Origin: Candidatus Micrarchaeota archaeon | Lineage (GTDB): Archaea; Micrarchaeota; Micrarchaeia; Anstonellales; Bilamarchaeaceae | Assembly: GCA_016926175.1 (NCBI GenBank) | Contig: JAFGPA010000009.1 | Span: forward strand, 54-64,053 | Length of the DNA stretch: 64,000 nucleotides | Direction: 5' to 3' | In this document: positions 9,767-19,800 of the stretch, in pieces | How the letters are laid out: every line of letters begins with the position of its first letter | Numbering within the stretch: the first letter of the stretch is position 1 | Program-made: the position numbers and the translations under genes | The notes under the pieces: model-generated | Database searches by the model: none | Seen by the model: only the letters and a program-made list of their open reading frames with translations | Told to the model about the DNA's origin: nothing

Positions 9767-11221
9767 GTGTATGAAATGAAGAGATTGTTTTTGGTTTTGA
9801 TGTTGCTGGGAGTTGCCTTTGCGGGCATCTCGATTGATGATTATACGGTTACCAAACCCGTGTACAAGCCCGGAGAGCCGGGCGTTGCCACTATATCTGT
9901 TTCAAATCCGTTGGGCAGCGAAAGGGTCACCTCAATTACAATGACCGTAAATTCTGCATATGAACTGACAGTGACCAGTTCCCCCAATCTTGCCGATATA
10001 GATTCCGGGGGGTCAGCCATAGTTTCAATCCCCTTTAAGGTAAAGCAGGATGCAAATCCGGGGATTTACACTATAAATGTATTCTTCAGGGGATACAAAA
10101 TGGGGGATAGTGCCGGAACAAGCGTTACATCTGTCAACAGCATTGCCATTCCTATAACAGTTGTAAATGAGCCTGAATTCTCATTCTCGGTTGATAATAA
10201 ACTTCTTACCGGCCTTGACGATGTCAATCTTAGGATAGTCAACAACGGCGGCATTGCAAAAAATGTGAAGATCAGCATTGTCGGGCCTGTTTCACTTTAC
10301 GGGGCAGACCAGATTTATGCAGGTGAAATAACCGGTGAAAAAACAATTCCACTTTCCCTTGATTCCAGAAGCGCAAATGAAGGCGTGGCTGATTTACTGG
10401 CAGTACTGAGCTATCAGGATGCACTTGGAATTCCGCATACTGAAAATGCAACTCTTCGCATGACCATAAGAAAAGAACAGCTGGACATCCTGATTATCCC
10501 GCAGGATAAAATCAACACGCGTGACAAAAGCCAGCTTACGCTGAAAGTAATCAATGAAGGCACAGAAACAATTTCAAATCTCAGGATCAAATTCCCCGGC
10601 GATTCAATTAAAATGATGGACGTAACTGAACTGAAATTCGGAGATCTTCTGCCAGGGCAGAGTGCAACCAAGAATGCCACAATATACACCGAGCTTTCGC
10701 CAGGAGTGAATCTTGTTGATTCCAGGGTGGAATGGATAGAAAAGGATGTTCAGATGGAGGAGCAGAGAAGCATTGCACTGACCGTAACATCTGATGCAGA
10801 TGTCGAGGTGTTTCTTGAGGCAAAGCCGCTGCCGCTTACCCTGGGAGGGGACCATACTATCTCTGTTCTTGTTTCCAATCTCGGGACATTCTCTATTGAG
10901 AATGTTGATGTTGCCATAGAATCCCCAGTGATGAAGTCAATGGACATATCCAACAAACAATATATAGGAGGCCTGCAAAGGGATGATTTCTCAACCGTGC
11001 AGTTCCTTATGCATATTAATGCAACTGAACCCGGCATATACCCGGTCTACCTTGACATTCACTATAGGGACCAATCCGGCATGTGGATGCAAAAGAAAAT
11101 CCAAAAGGAAATAAATATCTACAATGGAACGGCTGATGAAGGCGGAAGCTCTCTGCCAATTCTGATCGGGCTGGGAGTAGTCATAGTGCTTGTATGGCAC
11201 TTCAAGTTCAGGAAAAAGTGA
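9767..11221 (+). CDS. Secreted multi-Ig-like (CARDB / COG1361 S-layer-domain-like) protein with C-terminal TM anchor
   Basis: Signal peptide, repeated beta-rich ~110-aa modules, C-terminal LPILIGLGVVIVLVWHF + KFRKK anchor. Embedded between the ABC ATPase and permease genes. Confidence 0.6.
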   Translation: MYEMKRLFLVLMLLGVAFAGISIDDYTVTKPVYKPGEPGVATISVSNPLGSERVTSITMTVNSAYELTVTSSPNLADIDSGGSAIVSIPFKVKQDANPGIYTINVFFRGYKMGDSAGTSVTSVNSIAIPITVVNEPEFSFSVDNKLLTGLDDVNLRIVNNGGIAKNVKISIVGPVSLYGADQIYAGEITGEKTIPLSLDSRSANEGVADLLAVLSYQDALGIPHTENATLRMTIRKEQLDILIIPQDKINTRDKSQLTLKVINEGTETISNLRIKFPGDSIKMMDVTELKFGDLLPGQSATKNATIYTELSPGVNLVDSRVEWIEKDVQMEEQRSIALTVTSDADVEVFLEAKPLPLTLGGDHTISVLVSNLGTFSIENVDVAIESPVMKSMDISNKQYIGGLQRDDFSTVQFLMHINATEPGIYPVYLDIHYRDQSGMWMQKKIQKEINIYNGTADEGGSSLPILIGLGVVIVLVWHFKFRKK

Positions 11222-11225
11222 CAAG

Positions 11226-12431
11226 ATGAATCTGAAAGAAATGGTTGAATTCAGCATGAATTCACTTTTCCACCAGAAGCTTCGCACCTTCCTTACGGTG
11301 CTTGGAGTTATAGTGGGCATTTCTTCAGTTATTATTCTTGTCGGCCTTGTACAGGGGCTCAAGTCTGATGTGCTTGAACAGCTTGAGGACTTTGGGCCAA
11401 GGACATTCATAATTACCCCTAAAAGCGGAGGCTCATTTGGAGGCTCATCAACATTCATGCCAACTTCCGGGAAGCTTTTTGAAAAAGATTATGAGAGAGT
11501 TAAAAAAATCCCCGAGATAGAAAGCATTACCAAGGTCATTATAGGCCAGACCACAGTCATCTTCAAGAACCAGAGCATTACTGGTACAGTATATGGGATT
11601 GAGGCCGGTTTATTTGATGATACTGTTCCTGTTGAAATAGATGCAGGCAGATTCCTTCAGGATACCGACCTGGGAGTTGCAGGCCTGGGATCCGATGTTG
11701 CATCAGGCTTTGCCCAGGATGTCAAAGTCCAGTCAAGTATCTATCTTGGAGAAAAGAAATTCAAGGTTGTCGGGGTTCTGAAGTCCACAGGCAATTCCTT
11801 TGCACCGATAGACAATGTCATATTTGTTTCCTTTGATGATGCAAAGGAGCTTTTCAACAGATCGCTTCTCGCAAACGAAATTTCAGCCATAAGACTGACC
11901 CTGAAAGAGGGAAGCGATGTCGATGCAGTTGAAGAAAAATTAAACAGTATAATGCTTGCTTCACACAGGGTCAGCGAAGATAACCGGGATTTCACCATCA
12001 TAAGCCCGAAATTCATCAACCAGAGGTTCAGCGAAATTCTTGATCTTATTACATTGTTCCTTGGGGCTATTGCATCCATATCCCTTCTTGTTGGCGGAAT
12101 AGGCATATCAAATACAATGTTCATGAACGTTCTGGAGCGCACCAAGGAAATCGGGACTATGAAAGCCGTAGGAGCAACAACAAAGCAAATCCGCGATCTA
12201 TTTATGATTGAGAGCAGCATCATAGGCCTGTTTGGCGGTGTGCTTGGCCTTTTGGTTGCAGTTCTCACGGGGTTTGCCATAACAGAGCTGTTTGACCTCA
12301 CATTTGTCTTTGACCCTTTTGTCATTGCAGGAGCAGTAGTTTTTTCAATTCTTATCGGCCTTATTTCAGGAACATTTCCGGCAATTGAGGCCGCGAAGGT
12401 TGATCCAATCGTTGCATTGAGGTATGAATAA
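11226..12431 (+). CDS. ABC transporter permease, FtsX/MacB family
   Basis: N-terminal TM, large extracytoplasmic domain, three C-terminal TMs with MacB-type GGIGISNTMFMNVLERTKEIGTMKAVGA. Start set to ATG 11226 (MNLKEMVEF). Confidence 0.85.
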   Translation: MNLKEMVEFSMNSLFHQKLRTFLTVLGVIVGISSVIILVGLVQGLKSDVLEQLEDFGPRTFIITPKSGGSFGGSSTFMPTSGKLFEKDYERVKKIPEIESITKVIIGQTTVIFKNQSITGTVYGIEAGLFDDTVPVEIDAGRFLQDTDLGVAGLGSDVASGFAQDVKVQSSIYLGEKKFKVVGVLKSTGNSFAPIDNVIFVSFDDAKELFNRSLLANEISAIRLTLKEGSDVDAVEEKLNSIMLASHRVSEDNRDFTIISPKFINQRFSEILDLITLFLGAIASISLLVGGIGISNTMFMNVLERTKEIGTMKAVGATTKQIRDLFMIESSIIGLFGGVLGLLVAVLTGFAITELFDLTFVFDPFVIAGAVVFSILIGLISGTFPAIEAAKVDPIVALRYE

Positions 12432-13651
12432 TGAAACTTGAAGATGCGGTTGTCTATGCATTGAAAAACCTTTCGCAGAGAAGCCTGCGCAGCTGGCTTA
12501 CAATAATCGGAATGGTGATCGGGGTAATCGCGATTGTGGTGATACTTTCAATCAGTGAAGGTTTCAACAAGGACATTACAGATCAGCTGGCCTCATTTGG
12601 CGCAGACCAGATGTTCATCTATCCGCTTTCTGATTTTCTTTCCGCGTTCAGCGGAACAGGAGCTCTTCAGCAGACAAGCGGAAAGCTTTTTCAGGCAGAT
12701 GTCGATGACATAAACAATATTCCGGGAGTCAAAAATACTGCACGCATTATCTATGGCCGTGCAAGCCTTTCTTTCAAAGGAAAGAACATCACTTCATTTA
12801 TATTCGGTACAGACCGGGAAATGTTTGAAATGTATGGAGACTACATTGAAGTGGAGTCCGGGAGAATGTTCAAGGAAGGAGAAAGAAACGTTGCATTTTT
12901 TGCCGCAGATGCGGCAACTGACTATTTTGGGAAGGATAAAATTAATGTGGGCAGCGTAATCCAGATAAACGGAAAGAACTTCCGCGTTGTCGGCATCCAG
13001 AAAAAAATCGGCACATCCCTCTCAACATCTGACGACAGCGCCATATATGTGCCTTTTGAGGACGCCCGGGATCTTTTTAAAGGGCAGTTTCTTGCCGATG
13101 AAGTCGGCATGATAATGGTGCAGATCGATGAAGGCTTTGAACCAGACAAAATAAAACAGACGATTGAATACCGGCTTGCCAGCAATCACCGTGTAAAATC
13201 AGACGATCTTGATTTTTCTGTTATTACCTCAGACCAGATAAACGAGATTGTCGGCACTGTTCTTCTTACAGTACAGCTTGTTCTGGCGGCAATAACGCTT
13301 ATTGCTTCTTTTGTTGGTGCCATAGGAATTGCCAACACAATGTTCATGAATGTGCTTGAGCGCATAAGGGAAATCGGAATCCTGAAATCAGTTGGTGCAA
13401 CAAAAAAGGATATTCTTATGATATTCCTTGTTGAAAGTGCAATCATTGGTCTTGCGGGCGGTGTAATTGGCCTGGTGCTTGGATATGGCCTTCTGCAGCT
13501 GCTGATAGAGCTGTTCAATATCCCCGTTTTCCTCAGGCTGAGAATAATAGCATTTGTCTTCGTATTTTCAATAGGGACCGGGGCAGCGGCAGGTTTCCTT
13601 CCTGCATGGCGTGCTGCAAAAATGGATCCTGTTGAGGCATTGCGCTTCTAA
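12431..13651 (+). CDS. ABC transporter permease, FtsX/MacB family (paralog)
   Basis: Same architecture, GAIGIANTMFMNVLERIREIGILKSVGA. Start overlaps the upstream stop (TAATG). Confidence 0.85.
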   Translation: MKLEDAVVYALKNLSQRSLRSWLTIIGMVIGVIAIVVILSISEGFNKDITDQLASFGADQMFIYPLSDFLSAFSGTGALQQTSGKLFQADVDDINNIPGVKNTARIIYGRASLSFKGKNITSFIFGTDREMFEMYGDYIEVESGRMFKEGERNVAFFAADAATDYFGKDKINVGSVIQINGKNFRVVGIQKKIGTSLSTSDDSAIYVPFEDARDLFKGQFLADEVGMIMVQIDEGFEPDKIKQTIEYRLASNHRVKSDDLDFSVITSDQINEIVGTVLLTVQLVLAAITLIASFVGAIGIANTMFMNVLERIREIGILKSVGATKKDILMIFLVESAIIGLAGGVIGLVLGYGLLQLLIELFNIPVFLRLRIIAFVFVFSIGTGAAAGFLPAWRAAKMDPVEALRF

Positions 13652-13699
13652 ATCAGTTAATTATTTATAGTTTCACATTTTAACTCAGGAAAGACTTTC

Positions 13700-15736
13700 A
13701 TGGAATTAATCGTAGCTGAAAAACCAAGAGTTGCGGAAAAAATCGCAAATGCAATAGGTGACAAGGTCACAAAAAAAGCCCACAAGGGAGTTTATTATTA
13801 TGAAACAGAACGCAATGGGGAAACTATGCTGGTAGCCCCTGCAGTGGGCCACATATATACTCTTGTTGAGAGGGAAAAGAAAAGGGCATACCCGGTTTTT
13901 GATATCGAATGGGTTCCGGCATATGAAGCTTCCAAGGAAGCCGCATATACAAAAAATTATGTGGAACTGATACAGAAACTCGGGAAACATGCAGACACTT
14001 TTGTTTCAGCGTGCGACTATGATATTGAAGGATCAACCATCGCATATAATGTTTTTCGCTATGCAACAACAATCCGGGAAGGCAAAAGAATGAAGTTTTC
14101 GGCATTGACAAAAACCGATCTTGTGAATGCATACGAGGACCGCGCTGAATTTGATTATAATAATGCATATGCCGGCGAAACAAGGCATATCCTGGACTGG
14201 TATTACGGTATCAATCTTTCACGGGCGTTGATGAGTGCACTGAAAGCTGCAAACAGGTACAAGGTAATGTCGATTGGCCGTGTACAGGGTCCGGCACTCA
14301 ATCTCCTGTCCTCCCAGGAAAAGGAAATCCGCGCGTTTGTGCCGACTCCTTACTGGGAGCTGACAGCAAAAATAAAGGATATTGAATTCAAGCACATCAA
14401 TGACCGCTTCCTTGATGAAGGCCAGGCAGATGTTGCCCTGGATAATACAAAATCAGACGGCGCTGTTGAAAATGCTGATAAAAAAGAACAGAAAATTGCG
14501 GCAAATCCAAATTTTGACCTTACCAGCCTCCAGGTAGAAGCCTACCGGCTGTTCAAATATGCTCCATCAAGAACTCTTGAGCTGGCGCAAAATCTTTACG
14601 AAGCCTCATTGATAACCTACCCCAGAACATCATCACAGCAGATTCCGCCAACCATAAAACTTTCGCCGATACTTCAGGAACTCTCAAAGAATGCAGATTA
14701 CCGGCAACTGGCAAAAAAAATTCTTGACAGCAGCTGGCTCACTCCGAAGCAGGGAAAGAAATCAGACCCGGCGCATCCTGCAATCCATCCAACTGGCCAG
14801 CTTGCTTCTCTAAGCGGCCCTGAAAAGAACCTCTATGATCTTATTGCCCGGAGATTTCTTGCATCCTTTGCTCCGGATGCTACAAGGGAAAGAAGCAGGA
14901 TTGAAGTAAAAAGCGGCTCCGAGCTCTATGCTGCGTCAGGGAGCAGAATCCTGGAAAAAGGATGGACGGAATTCTACGGCCCATACTACACTACTGAAGA
15001 TACCCAGCTTCCCGAATTCAGCAAAGGTGAGAAAGTGGAGCTGAAATCAAAGAAGAAAACAAAAAAGGAAACAAAACCTCCGAAAAGATATACCCAGGCT
15101 TCCATTGTTTCAGAACTGGAAAAAAGACACCTTGGAACCAAATCCACCCGTTCTGTTATTGTTGATACCCTGCTGAAACGAGGCTATGCCTCAGGACAGT
15201 CAATCGAGGTAACCGATTTTGGGCTTAAAGTAGCTGATATACTCAACAAATACGCCCCTGAAATCCTTGATGAAAACCTTACCCGGAAAATTGAAGAGGA
15301 TATGGAAGGGATCCAGGATGGCAGGGTGGATAAGGATGCGGTAATAAAGGAAAGCAGGGAAATGCTCATCCAGATACTCGACAAATGGAAGAAAAGCGAG
15401 GCCAAAATAGGCAATGAACTTCTTGATGCGCTTGTATCAACCCAGGAACATGCAAATATAATTGGCGATTGCGACAAATGCAGCAACAAACTGAGAATCA
15501 TAAGGATGAAAAACAATAAGCAGTTTATAGGCTGTACCGGATATCCAAACTGCAGAAATGCATACCCTCTTCCCACAGGGGCATTTGTAAAACCTCTTGA
15601 TACCAAGTGTGAAGCATGCGGAAAGCCAACAGTATATATTAAAAGGGGCAAAACATCATTTAAGATGTGCATAGACCCTAACTGTCCGACAAAGGCTGAT
15701 TGGAAAAAGCGTGGTTCAAATGAGGAAAATAAATGA
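13700..15736 (+). CDS. topA: Type IA DNA topoisomerase (archaeal TopA / Topo III-like) with C-terminal zinc fingers
   Basis: Toprim EKPRVAEKIA and DYDIEGS, SIGRVQGPAL, active-site ITYPRTSSQ, C-terminal CDKCSNKL...GCTGYPNC and CEACGKP fingers. Confidence 0.9.
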   Translation: MELIVAEKPRVAEKIANAIGDKVTKKAHKGVYYYETERNGETMLVAPAVGHIYTLVEREKKRAYPVFDIEWVPAYEASKEAAYTKNYVELIQKLGKHADTFVSACDYDIEGSTIAYNVFRYATTIREGKRMKFSALTKTDLVNAYEDRAEFDYNNAYAGETRHILDWYYGINLSRALMSALKAANRYKVMSIGRVQGPALNLLSSQEKEIRAFVPTPYWELTAKIKDIEFKHINDRFLDEGQADVALDNTKSDGAVENADKKEQKIAANPNFDLTSLQVEAYRLFKYAPSRTLELAQNLYEASLITYPRTSSQQIPPTIKLSPILQELSKNADYRQLAKKILDSSWLTPKQGKKSDPAHPAIHPTGQLASLSGPEKNLYDLIARRFLASFAPDATRERSRIEVKSGSELYAASGSRILEKGWTEFYGPYYTTEDTQLPEFSKGEKVELKSKKKTKKETKPPKRYTQASIVSELEKRHLGTKSTRSVIVDTLLKRGYASGQSIEVTDFGLKVADILNKYAPEILDENLTRKIEEDMEGIQDGRVDKDAVIKESREMLIQILDKWKKSEAKIGNELLDALVSTQEHANIIGDCDKCSNKLRIIRMKNNKQFIGCTGYPNCRNAYPLPTGAFVKPLDTKCEACGKPTVYIKRGKTSFKMCIDPNCPTKADWKKRGSNEENK

Positions 15737-16913
15737 GATTGACGTTAATGGAAAAACAGTGATAGTGCGTGTTGATCTCAACTGCCCTGTTGAAAAAGGC
15801 AAAATAACCGGATGTGCAAGGATATATTCCCATGCAGGAACAATCAGAAATCTCAGTGGCCGGGGCGCAAAGGTTGTTGTTCTTTCCCACCAGGGAAGAG
15901 AAGGCAGGGATGATTTCATAGGCCTTGAACAGCATTCCAAACTCCTCCAGCAAATTCTTCACAAAGAAATAAAGTATGTCGATCAGGTTGTAGGGCCCAG
16001 GTCCGAGGAAGCCATCAAAAATCTGAAAGACGGCGAAATAGTCCTTCTTGATAATGTCAGGCGCCTGAAGTCCGAAACCATAGTTCCTGAGGGAAAGGGC
16101 GAACTGATCCAGAGGGTGGGGCCTCTTGCTGATTATTATGTGCTTGATGCTCTTTCAGTGGCTCACAGGAAGCACTCAAGCGTTATCGGCTTTTCCGAAA
16201 CTCTCCCGTGTTTTGCAGGGCAGATTCTTGCAGATGAACTCGATGCGGTTGACATAATAAGGAACGGCTCTGACGTGGTCTTTGTTCTTGGAGGCTCAAA
16301 GATAGATGATTCATTTTCCATAATGAAGAAGTGGCTTTTTGAAAATCGCGCGAAGGAAGTCCTTGTAGGAGGCGCTGTTGCCATCCTACTTCTTTATGCT
16401 TCAGGGAAAGACATAGGGGATTCAGCGGAGTATCTGAAAGAAAAAGGGCTCCTTGACAAAAAGGAAGAAGCAAAGAAAATCATTGATGAATATGACGGCA
16501 GGATAATAGTTCCTGTTGATGTTGCGATTTCAGTGGATTCAAAAAGGACCGAAGTGGATGTGGACCATATCCATGGAAGGATACTTGATATCGGCGAAAA
16601 AACAATGTATGATTTCTACAGAAGAATCATGAATGCAAAATACGTTATCATGAACGGCCCTCTTGGAGTGTATGAGGATCCCAAATTTGCAGTAGGCACC
16701 TCAAGGGTATTCCATGCAATGTCAAAAACAAAGGCATATACCCTTTTGGGAGGCGGGCATACCATTGCAGCAATGGAAAAACTTCAGGTGGACCAGGACA
16801 AGTTCAATTATGTTTCTCTTTCCGGAAAGGCGCTCATTGCATACCTCTGCGGAGAAAAGCTGCCGGGCATCGAAGCGCTGAAAATGAATGAAAAAAGCTT
16901 TCCGGACCTATAA
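15720..16913 (+). CDS. pgk: Phosphoglycerate kinase
   Basis: About 397 aa. RVDLNCP near the N-terminus, SHQGREG, LLDNVR, and C-terminal GGGHT region. ATG 15720 preferred over the GTG at 15711. Confidence 0.9.
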   Translation: MRKINEIDVNGKTVIVRVDLNCPVEKGKITGCARIYSHAGTIRNLSGRGAKVVVLSHQGREGRDDFIGLEQHSKLLQQILHKEIKYVDQVVGPRSEEAIKNLKDGEIVLLDNVRRLKSETIVPEGKGELIQRVGPLADYYVLDALSVAHRKHSSVIGFSETLPCFAGQILADELDAVDIIRNGSDVVFVLGGSKIDDSFSIMKKWLFENRAKEVLVGGAVAILLLYASGKDIGDSAEYLKEKGLLDKKEEAKKIIDEYDGRIIVPVDVAISVDSKRTEVDVDHIHGRILDIGEKTMYDFYRRIMNAKYVIMNGPLGVYEDPKFAVGTSRVFHAMSKTKAYTLLGGGHTIAAMEKLQVDQDKFNYVSLSGKALIAYLCGEKLPGIEALKMNEKSFPDL

Positions 16914-16957
16914 CCTTTTTATTTCTCCTGTCCAACTATCATTGAAGAGGCGGGTTT

Positions 16958-18076
16958 ATGGACGACAAGCTGCTTGAAGAAGCCAGAAAGCCACATGGCG
17001 ATGCAAAAGTGATACTTTCACTGGAACAGAAAGGTTTCTGCGTATCCCGCCTGAGACGAGGCACCTCAACAAAGGAAAAGGAAGCAAAGGATGTTGCGGA
17101 ATTCGAGGATCTTATCAAATCAGCCGCTGTTTCATGGGTCGATTATGTTGTCGAGGACCTGAAACGCGATGCCCCCGAAGTTGCAAAATCCATAGGTTTC
17201 AGCGAACAGCTTGTTAATAGCCTCCTGTCCCGCCTGTCAGAAAGCGGCTATGAAGATCTTGACAGTGAAATGGGGCTTCTTGTTCCTGTAATATCTGCCC
17301 AGGGCTTTGATGTCAAAATCGAGTACATGCTTGTTCTCCTGAGAAACAATCTTGTTGTCACACTCCACACCACTCAAATGACCAGGTTTTTCCGCCTGAG
17401 GCGCTATGCCAAGATATTCATGAAAAAGATCAAGCCGAAGCTGTCCAAAGAGGACCGCATTACCATACTGCTTACAAGAATTCTTGATGAAAGCAACAGC
17501 AGGAATTTTGATGCATTGCGCAACATTGAAAAGTCTGCAGATAATGTCAGTGAAATGCTGTCAAGGACAGATACTGACCGTGAGCTAATCGGAAGGCAGA
17601 TACATGCCATGAAGCATGGATTAATGATCTACATGAACGGCCTTTGGGAAACAATCGATGTTCTTAACACACTGCGCTACGGAGATCCCGAGCTTCTGAG
17701 TGACAACAGGAGACTGCTCGAAAGAATCGGTGCACTTACAATTGAAACAAACTATCAGATAGAGCTTGCAGAGCATATGAGCCAGGTTCTTGCGAGCGGC
17801 CTTGAAGTGATGCAGAGCATCTACAACAACCAGCTGCAGATTCTTAACAACAATCTTGCCCTTGTTGTCGCTTATCTTACTGTTATTGGAACTGCGGTTC
17901 TTGTTCCAAACACACTTGCAACTATCTTTGGAGTTTCGTTTTTTGATGATTTTGGAACCGGATTCCTTTCCGATTATCTTATCCTCATACTGCTTTCAAC
18001 AGTCATTTCAGTTTTGCTTGCATACCTGTGGGTAAGAAAGAGCGGCCTGCTTCCGAAGGGCATCAAAAACCAATAG
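16958..18076 (+). CDS. CorA-like divalent cation transporter family protein (deviant GMN motif)
   Basis: Soluble N-terminal domain, long helices, two C-terminal TMs. The loop reads TIFGVSFF where CorA has YGMNF. Confidence 0.6.
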   Translation: MDDKLLEEARKPHGDAKVILSLEQKGFCVSRLRRGTSTKEKEAKDVAEFEDLIKSAAVSWVDYVVEDLKRDAPEVAKSIGFSEQLVNSLLSRLSESGYEDLDSEMGLLVPVISAQGFDVKIEYMLVLLRNNLVVTLHTTQMTRFFRLRRYAKIFMKKIKPKLSKEDRITILLTRILDESNSRNFDALRNIEKSADNVSEMLSRTDTDRELIGRQIHAMKHGLMIYMNGLWETIDVLNTLRYGDPELLSDNRRLLERIGALTIETNYQIELAEHMSQVLASGLEVMQSIYNNQLQILNNNLALVVAYLTVIGTAVLVPNTLATIFGVSFFDDFGTGFLSDYLILILLSTVISVLLAYLWVRKSGLLPKGIKNQ

Positions 18077-18195
18077 ATGTATTATGAAAAGCACAGATTG
18101 TTGCTGTCAATTGTGGTATTCTAAGATATATTTATGGCTATAAAACCCGGTTTTGCCGGTTAAAAAAGTATTTTTTTCGTCTGAAGACCAAAAAG

Positions 18196-18203
18196 TATTT
18201 AAA
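18196..18203 (+). promoter_or_regulatory. TATA box candidate upstream of tfb
   Basis: tatttaaa preceded by purine-rich ccaaaaag. GGAGGGAGG (18252-18260) lies 7 nt before ATG 18268. Confidence 0.45.
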
Positions 18204-18267
18204 TCCCATTGTTCATAAAATGTTTTGCAAATTTTTAAAAACTTTACTAATGGAGGGAGGTTTTAGT

Positions 18268-19188
18268 ATGGCTGGTAGTTCTGCAACGAAAAAATGCCCA
18301 GAATGCGGCAGCAAAAGAATAGTGAGGGATTATGAAAAAGGAGAACTTATTTGTTCACAGTGCGGTTTGATTATTGCAGAAAATATTCATGACATGGGCC
18401 CTGAATGGCGCGCATTTGATGCCGAGCAAAAAGAGAAAAAGGCACGCGGCGGAGCCCCGATAAAATTCATGAGGCCAAACAAAGGTCTTGTTACCGAGAT
18501 AGACCAGTACAACAGGGACATAAGAGGAGGTAAAATCTCTCCGAAGAAACAGGCCCAGCTGTACAGGATGAGGAAATGGCACAAGAGGGTTTCAATTGCA
18601 ACTTCAATGGAAAGAAATCTTGTCATTGCCCTTGCTGAGCTTGACCGTGTTGCATCATCCCTTGGCCTTCCTGAAAACATCAAGGAAAGCGCTGCTTTGC
18701 TGTACAGAAGAGCAGTGAAGGAAGAGCTCATTCGCGGAAGACTGATAGAATCCGTTGTTGCCGCTGTTATATATGCCATCTGCAGACTGCAGGGCATTCC
18801 AAGGACTCTTGACGAAATTTCCAGAGCATCCGGCATCGAGAAAAAGGAAATCGGAAGAGCATACAGATTCCTGAAATCCGAACTGAAAGTAGACGTTCCT
18901 TTGACCGATCCTGCACAATATGTTCCAAAATTTGCCACTGCCCTGAAGCTTGGGCCTGAAGTCCAGGAAGAGGCAGTGAAGCTTATCAAGAAAGCTCTCA
19001 GGAAAGGCCTGATTTCCGGAAGAGGCCCGACAGGCGTTGCGGCAGCTGCTTTGTATATCGCATCTGCAATGCACGGCGAAAAGAAAACCCAGAAGGAAGT
19101 CGCTGATGTTGCCGGCGTAACCGAAGTTACTATCAGGAACAGATACAGGGAACTGAAAAAAGAGCTTGGCCTGAAGGTCAACCTTTGA
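18268..19188 (+). CDS. tfb: Transcription initiation factor TFB
   Basis: N-terminal Zn ribbon CPECGS...CSQCG, B-reader, two cyclin-fold repeats. Start set after the TATA box and the SD-like GGAGG. Confidence 0.9.
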   Translation: MAGSSATKKCPECGSKRIVRDYEKGELICSQCGLIIAENIHDMGPEWRAFDAEQKEKKARGGAPIKFMRPNKGLVTEIDQYNRDIRGGKISPKKQAQLYRMRKWHKRVSIATSMERNLVIALAELDRVASSLGLPENIKESAALLYRRAVKEELIRGRLIESVVAAVIYAICRLQGIPRTLDEISRASGIEKKEIGRAYRFLKSELKVDVPLTDPAQYVPKFATALKLGPEVQEEAVKLIKKALRKGLISGRGPTGVAAAALYIASAMHGEKKTQKEVADVAGVTEVTIRNRYRELKKELGLKVNL

Positions 19189-19208
19189 TATCTTCCGTAT
19201 TTCAGAAT

Positions 19209-19246
19209 TTGAAATGCTGCGGCATTTCAATCTTCTGATTTTTTAA
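19209..19246 (+). terminator. Hairpin plus T-run downstream of tfb
   Basis: 9-bp stem ttgaaatgc/gcatttcaa (19209-19230, loop tgcg) followed by gatttttt. Confidence 0.5.
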
Positions 19247-19499
19247 TTTTCATCCATGAATTTTTTGAAAATCAGAGATAGTGTTATCATCACAGGATAT
19301 CCAGTGAACAAGTTCACCGGCTCCCAGGTTCTTTCGAGCCCGGGATCCTCAGTCTGTCGAACACTCATCATCTGTTTCCTCTTATATAGGTTCAGCTTAA
19401 ATCCCTATAGGGTTGGGAATAAATGTCTATTTATGATTTTTTATTTCCGGAGAGGATACTTGCATTTATAAATTTTATTTAACTATATCTTTCCCCCCC

Positions 19500-19712
19500 A
19501 TGACACAAAAGGTGACCTCCATGACAACAATAAAGCGTGAAAAAGATGCCGGATATTTCCTGGTGGTTAATGCCAGGCCTTCTGACCAGCTGCTGGAAAA
19601 AATCAGGAATTTAGGCTGGAAATCAGGACAATATGTTTACTGGAACCGTAAAAATCTTGAACTGAAGTTCTTCAATACCCGTGAAGATCTTGATCATTTT
19701 CTTCATAATTAA
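19500..19712 (+). CDS. Small hypothetical protein
   Basis: 70-aa ORF preceded by an AT-rich tttataaatttta element. No family recognised. Confidence 0.4.
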   Translation: MTQKVTSMTTIKREKDAGYFLVVNARPSDQLLEKIRNLGWKSGQYVYWNRKNLELKFFNTREDLDHFLHN

Positions 19713-19800
19713 CTTATCCTTTTTTAATTTGCCGCCAGCATAATGGAATGCAGTGATGAAAAGCAATACCTCTGAGAAACTTTTAGCAAAAGCTTCAATG

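Noticed and set aside
18387-19181. Long minus-strand ORFs (264 aa and 191 aa) antisense to tfb. Similar antisense ORFs occur at 11741-12325, 31514-31993, 32169-32771, 39051-39641, 42548-43081, 46514-47203 and 5552-6148.
   Set aside because: Each lies entirely inside a gene with strong family motifs on the other strand. Their translations are low-complexity (Ser/Phe/Leu-rich) with no motifs, so they are shadow ORFs.
19310-19360. tRNA-like T-arm impression (ttcgagcccggg).
   Set aside because: I could not fold a cloverleaf with acceptor, D and anticodon arms on either strand. No other tRNA-like segment was found in the intergenic regions I inspected.
19256-19471. 71-aa ORF downstream of tfb.
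   Set aside because: It starts inside the terminator T-run, its sequence is hydrophobic and low-complexity, and it has no promoter-like element or family. It is probably non-coding spacer.
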